A DNA stretch of 34,578 nucleotides from a virus. Made by a program: the position numbers and the translations under genes. Below the pieces are notes generated by a model. The model worked only from the letters and a program-made list of their open reading frames with translations, was not told where the DNA came from and did no database searches. Below are positions 26,221 to 34,578 of the stretch, one piece after another (the stretch's first letter is position 1; each line of letters opens with the position of its first letter). The DNA is taken from UHGV virus genome UHGV-0107442; one strand, 5' to 3'.

Positions 26221-26954
26221 CAGGCATACTCCTCAACAATAACTATTCCCGGGGCACCGTCACCTCCCGATTGAGCCTCACTTCCAGCAGGTGCGCAGGC
26301 TCCGCCTCCGCCAGAACCAAAGCCCTCAGCTTTACCACCACCACGTCCGCTGAATGATGAAGAACTTGCACCACCTATACCGCCTGAACCTAATGGTGTA
26401 TCCCCCCCGTTACCCCCTGCTACAGCTTTAACAGAGATAACCATTGCTCCTGGTGTTTTTGCACTACAGCGAAATGCTCTTAGTACAGTACCGGACGATG
26501 TCGGACTGGCACCCCGTGAAATACCCTGAATATATGATGTGTTTGCAGATGCTCCCCCCGCGCCACCGCCTGTACCACCAGGTGCAGTTATCATGGAACC
26601 GAAATAAGTTGTGCCACCTTCACTACCTGAATTTCTTCCGGCTCCCCCCCCTTTACCTGCAGCACCGATAATAACGTTGACTTCGAAATCATTATCAACC
26701 TCGAAAAATGCTTCAATAAATGCGCCGCTCAATCCAGCTCCGGCTGTTGCCTGCTGATTTTCTGTTGTTTCAGGAACCCCACCGCCGCCGCCACCGCCAC
26801 CAGAGGCAATGACCCTTATCTTTTTTGTCCCTGGTGTTGGGATATATTTTCCAGAGCTTTTAAAAATATTCGTGTTTAACAAACGACCAGAGAATCTGGC
26901 TTCTCCCAAACCAACGTTTAAGAAAATGCAGAGGTAACAGCTAACTGGCATCAT
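26220..26954 (-). CDS. Alternative, glycine-rich tail-fibre C-terminal cassette (silent in this orientation)
   Basis: The minus-strand ORF encodes VGLGEARF at the crossover site (26894..26914), in frame with the same GLGEAR encoded in H. Inversion would fuse about 230 aa of Gly-rich sequence (runs such as GGGGGGGG, GGTGGGAGG) to the H constant part. The first 14 codons before the crossover are probably not part of any real protein. Confidence 0.65.
   Translation of the reverse strand: MMPVSCYLCIFLNVGLGEARFSGRLLNTNIFKSSGKYIPTPGTKKIRVIASGGGGGGGGVPETTENQQATAGAGLSGAFIEAFFEVDNDFEVNVIIGAAGKGGGAGRNSGSEGGTTYFGSMITAPGGTGGGAGGASANTSYIQGISRGASPTSSGTVLRAFRCSAKTPGAMVISVKAVAGGNGGDTPLGSGGIGGASSSSFSGRGGGKAEGFGSGGGGACAPAGSEAQSGGDGAPGIVIVEEYA
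26901..26926. repeat. Right inversion crossover site (gix/hix/cix-like)
   Basis: TTCTCCCAAACC-AA-CGTTTAAGAAAA: two 12-bp half-sites around a 2-bp core, resembling remembered hix/gix sites (for example TTCTTGAAAACC-AA-GGTTTTTGATAA). Confidence 0.6.
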
Positions 26955-26981
26955 CTCCGGTTTTTATTCAGGGGGATGATC

Positions 26982-27548
26982 ATGCTTATTGGCTATGTAC
27001 GCGTGTCAACAAATGACCAGAACACCGATTTGCAACGTAATGCACTGAATTGCGCGGGATGTGAGCAGATTTTTGAGGACAAAATCAGTGGCACTAAGTC
27101 CGACAGACCGGGGCTGAAAAAACTACTCAGGACACTATCGGCAGGAGACACGCTGGTTGTCTGGAAGCTGGACAGGTTGGGGCGCAGTATGCGGCATCTT
27201 GTTACGCTGATAGAAGAGTTGCGCCAGCGTGGTGTGAATTTCGGAAGCCTGACTGACAGTATTGATACCAGTACCCCAATGGGCCGTTTCTTTTTTCATG
27301 TCATGGGTGCCCTGGCTGAAATGGAACGCGAACTGATAGTTGAACGTACCAGGGCAGGGCTGGCTGCAGCTCGTGCCAAAGGCAGAGTAGGTGGACGCCG
27401 TCCTAAGTTGACCACCGAACAGTGGGCACAGATTGGGCGTTTACTCGAGGCCGGAGAATCAAGACAGCGTATTGCACTGATTTTTGATGTAGGCGTTTCT
27501 ACCATTTATAGAAAATTTCCGGCAAATAAGATCAATGAATCCCCCTGA
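26982..27548 (+). CDS. Serine recombinase, DNA invertase (Hin/Gin/Cin/Pin family)
   Basis: MLIGYVRVSTNDQNTDLQ... with the catalytic-serine motif (VRVSTNDQ) and a C-terminal HTH. ATG 26982 follows AGGGGG; an alternative ATG at 26976 is in frame. Confidence 0.85.
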   Translation: MLIGYVRVSTNDQNTDLQRNALNCAGCEQIFEDKISGTKSDRPGLKKLLRTLSAGDTLVVWKLDRLGRSMRHLVTLIEELRQRGVNFGSLTDSIDTSTPMGRFFFHVMGALAEMERELIVERTRAGLAAARAKGRVGGRRPKLTTEQWAQIGRLLEAGESRQRIALIFDVGVSTIYRKFPANKINESP

Positions 27549-27596
27549 ATCAGCATTATGTTGATTATCCCTGCAAGCAGACAAATACCGTTATTT

Positions 27597-27614
27597 TGTG
27601 TGAATAACGACACA
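27597..27614 (+). promoter_or_regulatory. TGT-N12-ACA late-promoter activator site upstream of the sheath gene
   Basis: TGT (27597..27599), GTGAATAACGAC, ACA (27612..27614), 77 bp upstream of the ATG at 27691. Confidence 0.5.
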
Positions 27615-27690
27615 ACTGCGCTTAGCTGTTTGTCAGGCACAATCACTTCAACATAGGGCGAAGCCTAATCCAATCAGGAGGTTCGCCACT

Positions 27691-28863
27691 ATGGCTCAGG
27701 ATTACCACCACGGGGTGCGCGTTGTTGAAGTCAACGAAGGCACCCGATCTATTACCACGGTGAGCACCGCCATCGTGGGTATGGTCTGCACGGGCGATGA
27801 TGCCGATGCAAAAATGTTTCCTCTTAATAAACCCGTGCTGATCACTGATGTGCTGACTGCCAGCGGTAAAGCGGGTGAGTCAGGTACTCTGGCCCGTTCG
27901 CTGGATGCCATCGCTGACCAGGCAAAACCCGTGACCATTGTTGTGCGTGTGCCGCAGGGTGAAACGGAAGACGAAACCACGACCAATATCATCGGCGCAG
28001 TGACTGCTGAAGGTAAAAAAACAGGTATGAAAGCCCTGTTATCTGCCCAGTCACAGCTCGGCGTTAAACCGCGCATTCTCGGCGTGCCAGGCCACGACAC
28101 CAAGGCGGTAGCTACTGAGTTGCTGAGCGTGGCGCAAAGCCTGCGTGGATTTGCTTACCTGTCAGCGTATGGCTGCAAGACAGTGCAGGAGGCGATCACT
28201 TACCGCGAAAACTTCAGCCAGCGCGAAGGGATGCTGATCTGGCCTGACTTTACTGGCTGGGACACGGTGCTGAATGCCGAAGCAACGGCATATGCCACCG
28301 CCCGTGCGCTTGGTCTGCGCGCCAAAATTGACGAGCAGACCGGATGGCACAAAAGCCTGTCCAACGTGGGCGTGAACGGTGTCACCGGAATTTCTGCAGA
28401 TGTGTTCTGGGATCTGCAGGACCCGGCAACCGATGCAGGTCTGCTGAACCAGAACGACGTCACCACGCTTGTGCGTAAAGACGGTTTCCGCTTCTGGGGT
28501 TCCCGCTGCCTGAGTGATGACCCGCTCTTTGCCTTCGAAAACTACACCCGCACGGCGCAGGTGCTGATGGACACGATGGCAGAAGCACACATGTGGGCGG
28601 TGGATAAACCGCTTAACCCGTCGCTGGCCCGCGACATTATCGAAGGTATCCGCGCCAAAATGCGCAGCCTGGTCAGTCAGGGCTATCTCATTGGTGGTGA
28701 TTGCTGGCTGGATGAGTCGGTGAACGACAAAGACACGCTGAAAGCCGGAAAACTCACCATCGACTACGACTACACGCCAGTGCCGCCACTTGAAAACCTG
28801 ATGCTGCGTCAGCGCATCACCGATCAGTACCTGGTGAATTTCGCCAGCCAGGTCAGCGCGTAA
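27691..28863 (+). CDS. FI: Contractile tail sheath protein (P2 gpFI family)
   Basis: 390 aa (P2 FI is 396 aa); ATG follows CAGGAGG. Confidence 0.9.
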   Translation: MAQDYHHGVRVVEVNEGTRSITTVSTAIVGMVCTGDDADAKMFPLNKPVLITDVLTASGKAGESGTLARSLDAIADQAKPVTIVVRVPQGETEDETTTNIIGAVTAEGKKTGMKALLSAQSQLGVKPRILGVPGHDTKAVATELLSVAQSLRGFAYLSAYGCKTVQEAITYRENFSQREGMLIWPDFTGWDTVLNAEATAYATARALGLRAKIDEQTGWHKSLSNVGVNGVTGISADVFWDLQDPATDAGLLNQNDVTTLVRKDGFRFWGSRCLSDDPLFAFENYTRTAQVLMDTMAEAHMWAVDKPLNPSLARDIIEGIRAKMRSLVSQGYLIGGDCWLDESVNDKDTLKAGKLTIDYDYTPVPPLENLMLRQRITDQYLVNFASQVSA

Positions 28864-28872
28864 GGGGACAAC

Positions 28873-29388
28873 ATGGCTTTACCACGCAAATTAAAACACC
28901 TGAACCTGTTTAACGACGGGAACAACTGGCAGGGGATCGTTGAGTCGCTGACGCTGCCGAAATTTACCCGCAAATATGAGAAGTATCGCGGCGGCGGAAT
29001 GCCGGGTGCGGTGGATGTGGATCTGGGGCTTGATGACAGTGCGCTGGACACAGAATTTTCCATTGGTGGTACTGAATTGCTGCTGTTTAAACAGATGGGT
29101 AAAGCCACGGTGGATGGCATCCAGCTGCGCTTTACCGGCTCTATTCAGCGTGACGATACCGGGGAAGTGCAGGCCGTGGAGCTTGTCGTGCGTGGACGTC
29201 ACAAAGAAGTGGATTCCGGCGAGTGGAAGACGGGCGAAAGCAACACCACCAAAGTGACCAGTACCAACAGCTACGCGAAGCTGACCATCAATGGTGAGGT
29301 GCTCTATGAAGTGGACCTTATCAACATGGTGGAAATTGTGGACGGTGTGGACCTGATGGAAGCGCACCGCAACGCCCTCGGCCTCTGA
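28873..29388 (+). CDS. FII: Tail tube protein (P2 gpFII family)
   Basis: 171 aa (P2 FII is 172 aa), directly after the sheath gene. Confidence 0.9.
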   Translation: MALPRKLKHLNLFNDGNNWQGIVESLTLPKFTRKYEKYRGGGMPGAVDVDLGLDDSALDTEFSIGGTELLLFKQMGKATVDGIQLRFTGSIQRDDTGEVQAVELVVRGRHKEVDSGEWKTGESNTTKVTSTNSYAKLTINGEVLYEVDLINMVEIVDGVDLMEAHRNALGL

Positions 29389-29442
29389 TATATCTGAACG
29401 GCGCGGGATACCGCGCCAGAACCCAATTGACAGGACAGCAAA

Positions 29443-29745
29443 ATGAGCGATAAGCAGACTGAAAAGACCATTCAACTGGATACCCCCATCAAGCGCGGTA
29501 AAACAGAAATCACCGAAATTGTGCTGCGTAAACCGCAGTCCGGTGCGCTGCGCGGTACACGCCTGCAGGCCATTATGGATATGGATGTAAACGCGATGAT
29601 GACCGTGATCCCCCGCATCTCCAGTCCGGCACTGACTGCACAGGAAATTGCAGAGATGGACCCGGCAGATCTCACTGCCATGTCGGTTGAGGTTGTCACT
29701 TTTTTGTTGAAGAAGTCGGTGCTTGCCGTTTTACCGACAGCCTGA
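29443..29745 (+). CDS. E: Tail assembly chaperone E (P2 gpE family)
   Basis: 100 aa. Contains the slippery heptamer T_TTT_TTG at 29700..29706, 13 codons before its stop. Confidence 0.85.
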   Translation: MSDKQTEKTIQLDTPIKRGKTEITEIVLRKPQSGALRGTRLQAIMDMDVNAMMTVIPRISSPALTAQEIAEMDPADLTAMSVEVVTFLLKKSVLAVLPTA

Positions 29746-29879
29746 CGGTTGACGATCTGGTGGCAGATATCGCCACCATTTTTCACTGGCCGCCATCCGT
29801 TACTGACGTTATGCCGCTGACCGAAGTGCTGGAATGGCGGTATAAAGCGATTCAGAGAAGCGGGGCCAACGATGAGTGA
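29443..29879 (+). CDS. E+E' fusion produced by programmed -1 ribosomal frameshift
   Basis: After a -1 slip at 29700..29706 the new frame is open from 29706 to TGA at 29877..29879. It encodes VEEVGACRFTDSLTVDDLVADIATIFHWPPSVTDVMPLTEVLEWRYKAIQRSGANDE and ends just inside the start of T, as in P2 E/E'. Confidence 0.65.
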
Positions 29880-32800
29880 TAACAACCTGCGTCTGCAGGT
29901 CATTCTTAATGCGGTTGACAAGCTCACCCGCCCATTTCGATCTGCGCAGGCCAGTTCAAGAGAACTGGCTGCTGCTGTCAAAAAATCCCGCGATGCAATA
30001 AAGCAGCTTGATCAGGCCGGGAGCAGTCTGGACAGCTTCCGAAAGCTGCAGGCAGAAAATCAGAAATTAGGCGACAGGCTGAACTATGCCCGCCAGCGTG
30101 CAAATTTGCTCAGTCAGGAACTGGGAGCGATGGGGCCGCCTTCGCAACGTCAGGTTGTTGCTCTGGGCCGTCAACGGCTGGCTGTTCAGCGTCTGGAAGA
30201 ACGCCAGAAAAAGCTGCAGCAGCAGACGGCGCTTGTGCGTGCTGAACTGTACCGGGCGGGAATTTCTGCGAAAGACGATGCGGGAGCAACTGCCCGTTTA
30301 GCCCGTGAAACATCACGTTATAACCAGGAACTTTCGAAACAGGAGGCGCGGCTGAAGCGATTGGGGGAAGCTCAGCGTAGGATGAATGCAGCGCGTGCCA
30401 GTTATGCCCGTTCGCTGGAGGTGCGTGATCGTATTGCAGGTGCCGGAGCCACCACCACGGCTGCAGGGCTGGCAATGGGTGCGCCAGTGATGGCGGCAGT
30501 AAAAAGCTATACCAGCATGGAAGATGCCATGAAAGGTGTGGCAAAGCAGGTCAATGGTCTGCGTGACGATAATGGCAACCGCACTGCACGTTTTTATGAA
30601 ATGCAGGATGCCATCAAGGCTGCCAGCGAACAGTTGCCGATGGAAAACGGTGCGGTGGACTTCGCTGCACTGGTTGAAGGTGGTGCGCGCATGAACGTCG
30701 CAAACCCTGACGACAGCTGGGAAGATCAGAAACGTGACCTGCTGGCCTTCGCCAGTACGGCAGCAAAGGCGGCAACAGCCTTTGAGCTGCCAGCGGATGA
30801 ACTGTCAGAAAGTCTGGGGAAAATCGCCCAGCTCTACAAAATCCCCACCCGCAATATTGAACAGCTCGGTGATGCGCTGAACTATCTGGATGATAACGCC
30901 ATGTCGAAAGGGGCAGACATCATTGATGTGATGCAACGTCTGGGCGGTGTGGCTGACCGTCTGGATTATCGTAAAGCGGCGGCGCTGGGTTCCACCTTCC
31001 TGACACTGGGCGCTGCGCCAGAGGTTGCAGCCAGTGCAGCAAACGCGATGGTGCGTGAATTGTCCATTGCCACCATGCAAAGCAAGAGTTTCTTTGAAGG
31101 GATGAATCTGCTGAAACTCAATCCTGAAGTGATTGAAAAGCAGATGACGAAGGATGCGATGGGAACCATCCAGCGCGTGCTGGAGAAGGTAAACGCGCTG
31201 CCGCAGGACAAGCGCCTGTCTGCCATGACTATGTTGTTTGGTAAAGAGTTTGGCGATGACGCGGCGAAACTGGCAAACAACCTGCCGGAACTGCAGCGTC
31301 AGTTAAAACTGACAGCGGGCAATGATGCGCTTGGCTCCATGCAGAAAGAATCCGACATTAACAAGGATTCACTTTCTGCGCAGTGGTTGCTGGTCAAAAC
31401 CGGAGCGCAGAACACCTTCAGCAGCCTGGGCGAAACGCTGCGCCAGCCGCTGATGGATATTCTGTACACGGTGAAAAGCGTCACGGGGGCGTTGCGTCGC
31501 TGGGTGGAAGCTAACCCGGAACTGACAGGCACACTGATGAAAGCATCGGCTGTTGTGGCTGCGGTTACCGTCGGCCTCGGCACCTTAGCGGTGGCGCTGG
31601 CTGCAGTGCTGGGGCCGCTGGCAGTGATCCGTCTGGGATTCTCTGTGTTGGGTATCAAAACGTTATCTTCCGTTACGGCAGCAGTAACTCGAACCAGCAG
31701 CGCGTTGTCCTGGCTGGCTGGCGCACCACTGGCACTGCTGCGACGCGGGCTTGCTTCATCGGGCAACGCCGCAGGTTTACTTACTGCGCCGTTGTCGTCT
31801 TTGCGCCGCACGGCATCACTGACGGGAAATGTCCTGAAAACTGTAGCAGGTGCGCCGGTTGCACTTTTGCAGTCTGGATTATCCGGTTTACGTGCTGTTG
31901 CTGTGATGTTTATGAATCCTCTGGCGGTACTGCGCGGTGGACTGGCCGCCGCAGGCACGGTGCTGCGAGTACTGGCATCTGGTCCACTGGCGATGCTGCG
32001 CGTTGCCCTGTATGCCATATCTGGTCTGTTAGGTGCTCTGCTCAGTCCGATAGGTCTTGTGGTTACTGCACTGGCGGGCGTGGCGCTGGTTGTCTGGAAA
32101 TACTGGCAACCCATCACCGCATTTCTCGGTGGCGTGGTGGAAGGATTCAAAGCGGCGGCAGGTCCCATCAGTGCAGCGTTCGAACCGCTTAAGCCCGTGT
32201 TCCAGTGGATTGGCGACAAAGTGCAGGCGCTGTGGGGCTGGTTTACTGATCTGCTGACGCCCGTTAAGTCGACCTCTGCCGAACTGCAGAGCGCAGCGGC
32301 AATGGGGCGGCGATTCGGGGAGGCACTGGCGGAAGGGCTGAATATGGTCATGCATCCGCTGGACTCCCTGAAATCCGGCGTTTCCTGGTTGCTGGAGAAG
32401 CTCGGCATTGTCAGTAAAGAGGCCGCAAAGGCAAAACTGCTGGAAAGCGTGACGCGTCAGCAACCTGCGACGGTGAATGCAGACGGTAAAGTGATGATTC
32501 CATCGGGTGGTTTTCCGTCATGGGGATATGGCTTTGCGGGGATGTATGACAGCGGCGGCTATATCCCGCGCGGGCAGTTTGGCATCGTCGGTGAAAACGG
32601 GCCGGAAATTGTTAACGGCCCGGCAAACGTGACCAGCCGGAGAAATACAGCTGCACTGGCTGCCGTTGTCGCCGGAATGATGGGCGTTGCTGCCGCGCCA
32701 GCAGAGCTTCCACCGTTGCACCCCTTGGCACTTCCCGCGAAAGGTGGAGAAGCAATTGTGAGTCGCGCAGCCACTGTGCCGCTCGTTCAACGGATTGAGG

Positions 32801-32949
32801 CACCGACGCAGATCATCATTCAGACGCAGCCAGGACAAAGTGCGCAGGATATTGCGCGGGAGGTGGCACGCCAGCTTGATGAACGTGAACGCAGGCTGAA
32901 GGCAAAAGCCAGGAGTAACTACAGCGATCAGGGGGGATACGACGCATGA
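29872..32949 (+). CDS. T: Tail tape measure protein (P2 gpT family)
   Basis: 1025 aa; coiled-coil N-terminal region and Ala/Gly/Leu-rich hydrophobic repeats in the C-terminal half. Confidence 0.9.
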   Translation: MSDNNLRLQVILNAVDKLTRPFRSAQASSRELAAAVKKSRDAIKQLDQAGSSLDSFRKLQAENQKLGDRLNYARQRANLLSQELGAMGPPSQRQVVALGRQRLAVQRLEERQKKLQQQTALVRAELYRAGISAKDDAGATARLARETSRYNQELSKQEARLKRLGEAQRRMNAARASYARSLEVRDRIAGAGATTTAAGLAMGAPVMAAVKSYTSMEDAMKGVAKQVNGLRDDNGNRTARFYEMQDAIKAASEQLPMENGAVDFAALVEGGARMNVANPDDSWEDQKRDLLAFASTAAKAATAFELPADELSESLGKIAQLYKIPTRNIEQLGDALNYLDDNAMSKGADIIDVMQRLGGVADRLDYRKAAALGSTFLTLGAAPEVAASAANAMVRELSIATMQSKSFFEGMNLLKLNPEVIEKQMTKDAMGTIQRVLEKVNALPQDKRLSAMTMLFGKEFGDDAAKLANNLPELQRQLKLTAGNDALGSMQKESDINKDSLSAQWLLVKTGAQNTFSSLGETLRQPLMDILYTVKSVTGALRRWVEANPELTGTLMKASAVVAAVTVGLGTLAVALAAVLGPLAVIRLGFSVLGIKTLSSVTAAVTRTSSALSWLAGAPLALLRRGLASSGNAAGLLTAPLSSLRRTASLTGNVLKTVAGAPVALLQSGLSGLRAVAVMFMNPLAVLRGGLAAAGTVLRVLASGPLAMLRVALYAISGLLGALLSPIGLVVTALAGVALVVWKYWQPITAFLGGVVEGFKAAAGPISAAFEPLKPVFQWIGDKVQALWGWFTDLLTPVKSTSAELQSAAAMGRRFGEALAEGLNMVMHPLDSLKSGVSWLLEKLGIVSKEAAKAKLLESVTRQQPATVNADGKVMIPSGGFPSWGYGFAGMYDSGGYIPRGQFGIVGENGPEIVNGPANVTSRRNTAALAAVVAGMMGVAAAPAELPPLHPLALPAKGGEAIVSRAATVPLVQRIEAPTQIIIQTQPGQSAQDIAREVARQLDERERRLKAKARSNYSDQGGYDA

Positions 32950-33431
32950 TGATGGTGCTGGGATTGTACGTGTTTATGCTGCGCACCGTTCCGTATCAGG
33001 AACTGCAGTATCAACGCAGCTGGCGACATGCGGCAAACAGTCGGGTAAACCGACGTCCGTCCACGCAGTTTCTGGGACCGGAAAACGACATGCTGACGCT
33101 TTCCGGTGTTCTTATGCCGGAAATAACAGGCGGCAGGCTGTCGTTGCTGGCACTGGAGCAGATGGCAGAACAGGGGAAAGCATGGCCCCTGATTGAAGGC
33201 AGCGGCACGATTTACGGCATGTATGTGATTGAGGGACTGAATCAGACTAAAACGGAGTTTTTCCGCGACGGTATGCCGCGCCGGATTGAGTTCACCCTGT
33301 CGCTCAAACGAGTGGATGAATCCCTGTCCGATATGTTCGGTGATCTCAGTGCGCAACTGAATAATCTGCAGGACACGGCAACGTCTGCCTTAAGCGATAT
33401 CAGTAAAACGGTGGGAGGGCTGCTGTCGTGA
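32946..33431 (+). CDS. U: Tail protein (P2 gpU family)
   Basis: 161 aa; overlaps the T stop and the D start. Confidence 0.85.
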   Translation: MMMVLGLYVFMLRTVPYQELQYQRSWRHAANSRVNRRPSTQFLGPENDMLTLSGVLMPEITGGRLSLLALEQMAEQGKAWPLIEGSGTIYGMYVIEGLNQTKTEFFRDGMPRRIEFTLSLKRVDESLSDMFGDLSAQLNNLQDTATSALSDISKTVGGLLS

Positions 33432-34528
33432 ATTTCAGCTCTGAACTGCTTAACAAAGGCAACAAAACTCCCGCATTCAGCATCAGTATTGAGGGCAGGG
33501 ATATCACCACTGTGCTGGATAACCGCCTGATGAGTTTGACGCTGACGGATAACCGGGGCTTTGAAGCGGACCAGCTTGATCTGGAGCTGGATGACGCTGA
33601 CGGAAAAATCGTGCTGCCGCGCCGTGGTGCGGTTATTACGCTGGCGCTGGGCTGGAAGGGGCAGCCGCTTTTCCCGAAAGGGGCATTCACAGTGGACGAG
33701 ATTGAACACACTGGCGCACCGGACCGCCTGACTATCCGGGCGCGAAGTGCTGATTTTCGGGAAACGCTGAATACCCGCCGTGAAAAATCGTGGCACAAGA
33801 CCACCGTCGGGGAAGTGGTGAAGGAAATAGCCGCGCGGCACAAGCTGAAGATGGCACTGGGTAAAGACCTGTCGGATAAGCCCGTGGAGCATATAGACCA
33901 GACTAATGAGAGTGACGGCAGTTTTCTGATGCGGCTGGCGCGACAGTACGGTGCCATCGCGTCGGTGAAAAATGGCAATCTGTTATTCATCCGGCAGGGG
34001 CAGGGCAAAAGCGCCACTGGTAAACCTCTGCCAGTGATCACTATCACACGCAAGGACGGCGACAGTCACCGATTTACCCTGGCAGATCGCGGAGCCTACA
34101 CGGGCGTAATTGCCAGCTGGTTGCATACCCGCGAACCTGCGAAGAAAGAAAGCACCACGGTGAAGCGTAAGCGCAGAACTAAGAAGCAGAAGAAAGAGCC
34201 GGAAGCGAAGCAGGGCGATTACCTGGTGGGTACGGATGAAAACGTGCTGGTACTTAATCGCACTTATGCCAACCGGAGCAACGCTGAACGGGCAGCGAAA
34301 ATGCAGTGGGAACGCCTGCAACGCGGCGTTGCGTCATTCTCGCTACAACTGGCGGAAGGGCGGGCAGATCTTTACACGGAAATGCCAGTGAAAGTTAGTG
34401 GCTTTAAACAACCGATAGATGATGCGGAATGGACCATTACGACTCTGACTCATACCGTCAGCCCGGATAATGGTTTTACGACCAGTCTGGAGCTTGAAGT
34501 GAGGATTGATGATTTCGAAATGGAATGA
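33428..34528 (+). CDS. D: Tail protein D (P2 gpD family)
   Basis: 366 aa, GTG start overlapping the U stop (GTGA); last recognisable gene in the window. Confidence 0.85.
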   Translation: MNFSSELLNKGNKTPAFSISIEGRDITTVLDNRLMSLTLTDNRGFEADQLDLELDDADGKIVLPRRGAVITLALGWKGQPLFPKGAFTVDEIEHTGAPDRLTIRARSADFRETLNTRREKSWHKTTVGEVVKEIAARHKLKMALGKDLSDKPVEHIDQTNESDGSFLMRLARQYGAIASVKNGNLLFIRQGQGKSATGKPLPVITITRKDGDSHRFTLADRGAYTGVIASWLHTREPAKKESTTVKRKRRTKKQKKEPEAKQGDYLVGTDENVLVLNRTYANRSNAERAAKMQWERLQRGVASFSLQLAEGRADLYTEMPVKVSGFKQPIDDAEWTITTLTHTVSPDNGFTTSLELEVRIDDFEME

Positions 34529-34578
34529 TTCTTCGCAATGGAGAACTTTTAAGTTTGCAAAATGGAATAATGCGGTAT

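Larger units (their letters stand above)
25458..26914. mobile_element. Invertible tail-fibre segment (Mu G / P1 C / e14-type host-range switch)
   Basis: 21-bp perfect inverted repeats TTGGTTTGGGAGAAGCCAGAT at 25458..25478 and 26894..26914 flank two convergent cassettes (variable fibre C-terminus + small ORF on each strand); a serine invertase gene follows immediately. Confidence 0.75.
587..34578. mobile_element. P2/186-like temperate prophage, left junction through gene D; right end (ogr, attR) lies beyond the window
   Basis: Contiguous, syntenic set of P2/186 homologues (int, cI, apl, cII, A, Q, P, O, N, M, L, X, lysis genes, R, S, V, W, J, I, H, FI, FII, E/E', T, U, D) plus a cos-like sequence and TGT-N12-ACA late-promoter elements. 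Confidence 0.85.

Noticed and set aside
31299-32408. 369-aa minus-strand ORF inside the tape-measure gene
   Set aside because: Antisense shadow ORF; Ala/Ser/Pro-rich low-complexity translation mirroring the tape-measure repeats.
34529-34578. Possible start of the late-activator (ogr-like) gene after D
   Set aside because: Only 50 nt remain and no ORF or zinc-finger motif can be read; expected to lie beyond the window.

Overview
The window is almost entirely a P2/186-like temperate prophage, read from its left host junction. A host TetR-family regulator gene (50..586) is followed by an attL-like junction, a tyrosine integrase, and a 186-type cI / apl / cII immunity switch. Early genes follow (TraR-like zinc finger, Dam-type methylase, replication protein A), then an SOS-box-controlled small-gene + dinI-like module. 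The most interesting part is an AT-rich cargo island (about 8.9-13.2 kb): an ATPase + HNH nuclease pair resembling the Septu defence system and a separate AIPR-family abortive-infection-like protein, apparently separated by a cos-like sequence. The rest is P2-type late genes: Q-P, O-N-M-L-X, a pinholin/SAR-endolysin/LysABC lysis cassette, R-S, V-W-J-I-H, sheath/tube, E/E' frameshift, tape measure, U and D. The tail-fibre gene H ends in an invertible segment controlled by a Din-family serine invertase. No rRNA, tRNA or CRISPR array was seen. All calls are from reading the sequence and the ORF translations; family assignments are from remembered similarity and motifs, not database searches.
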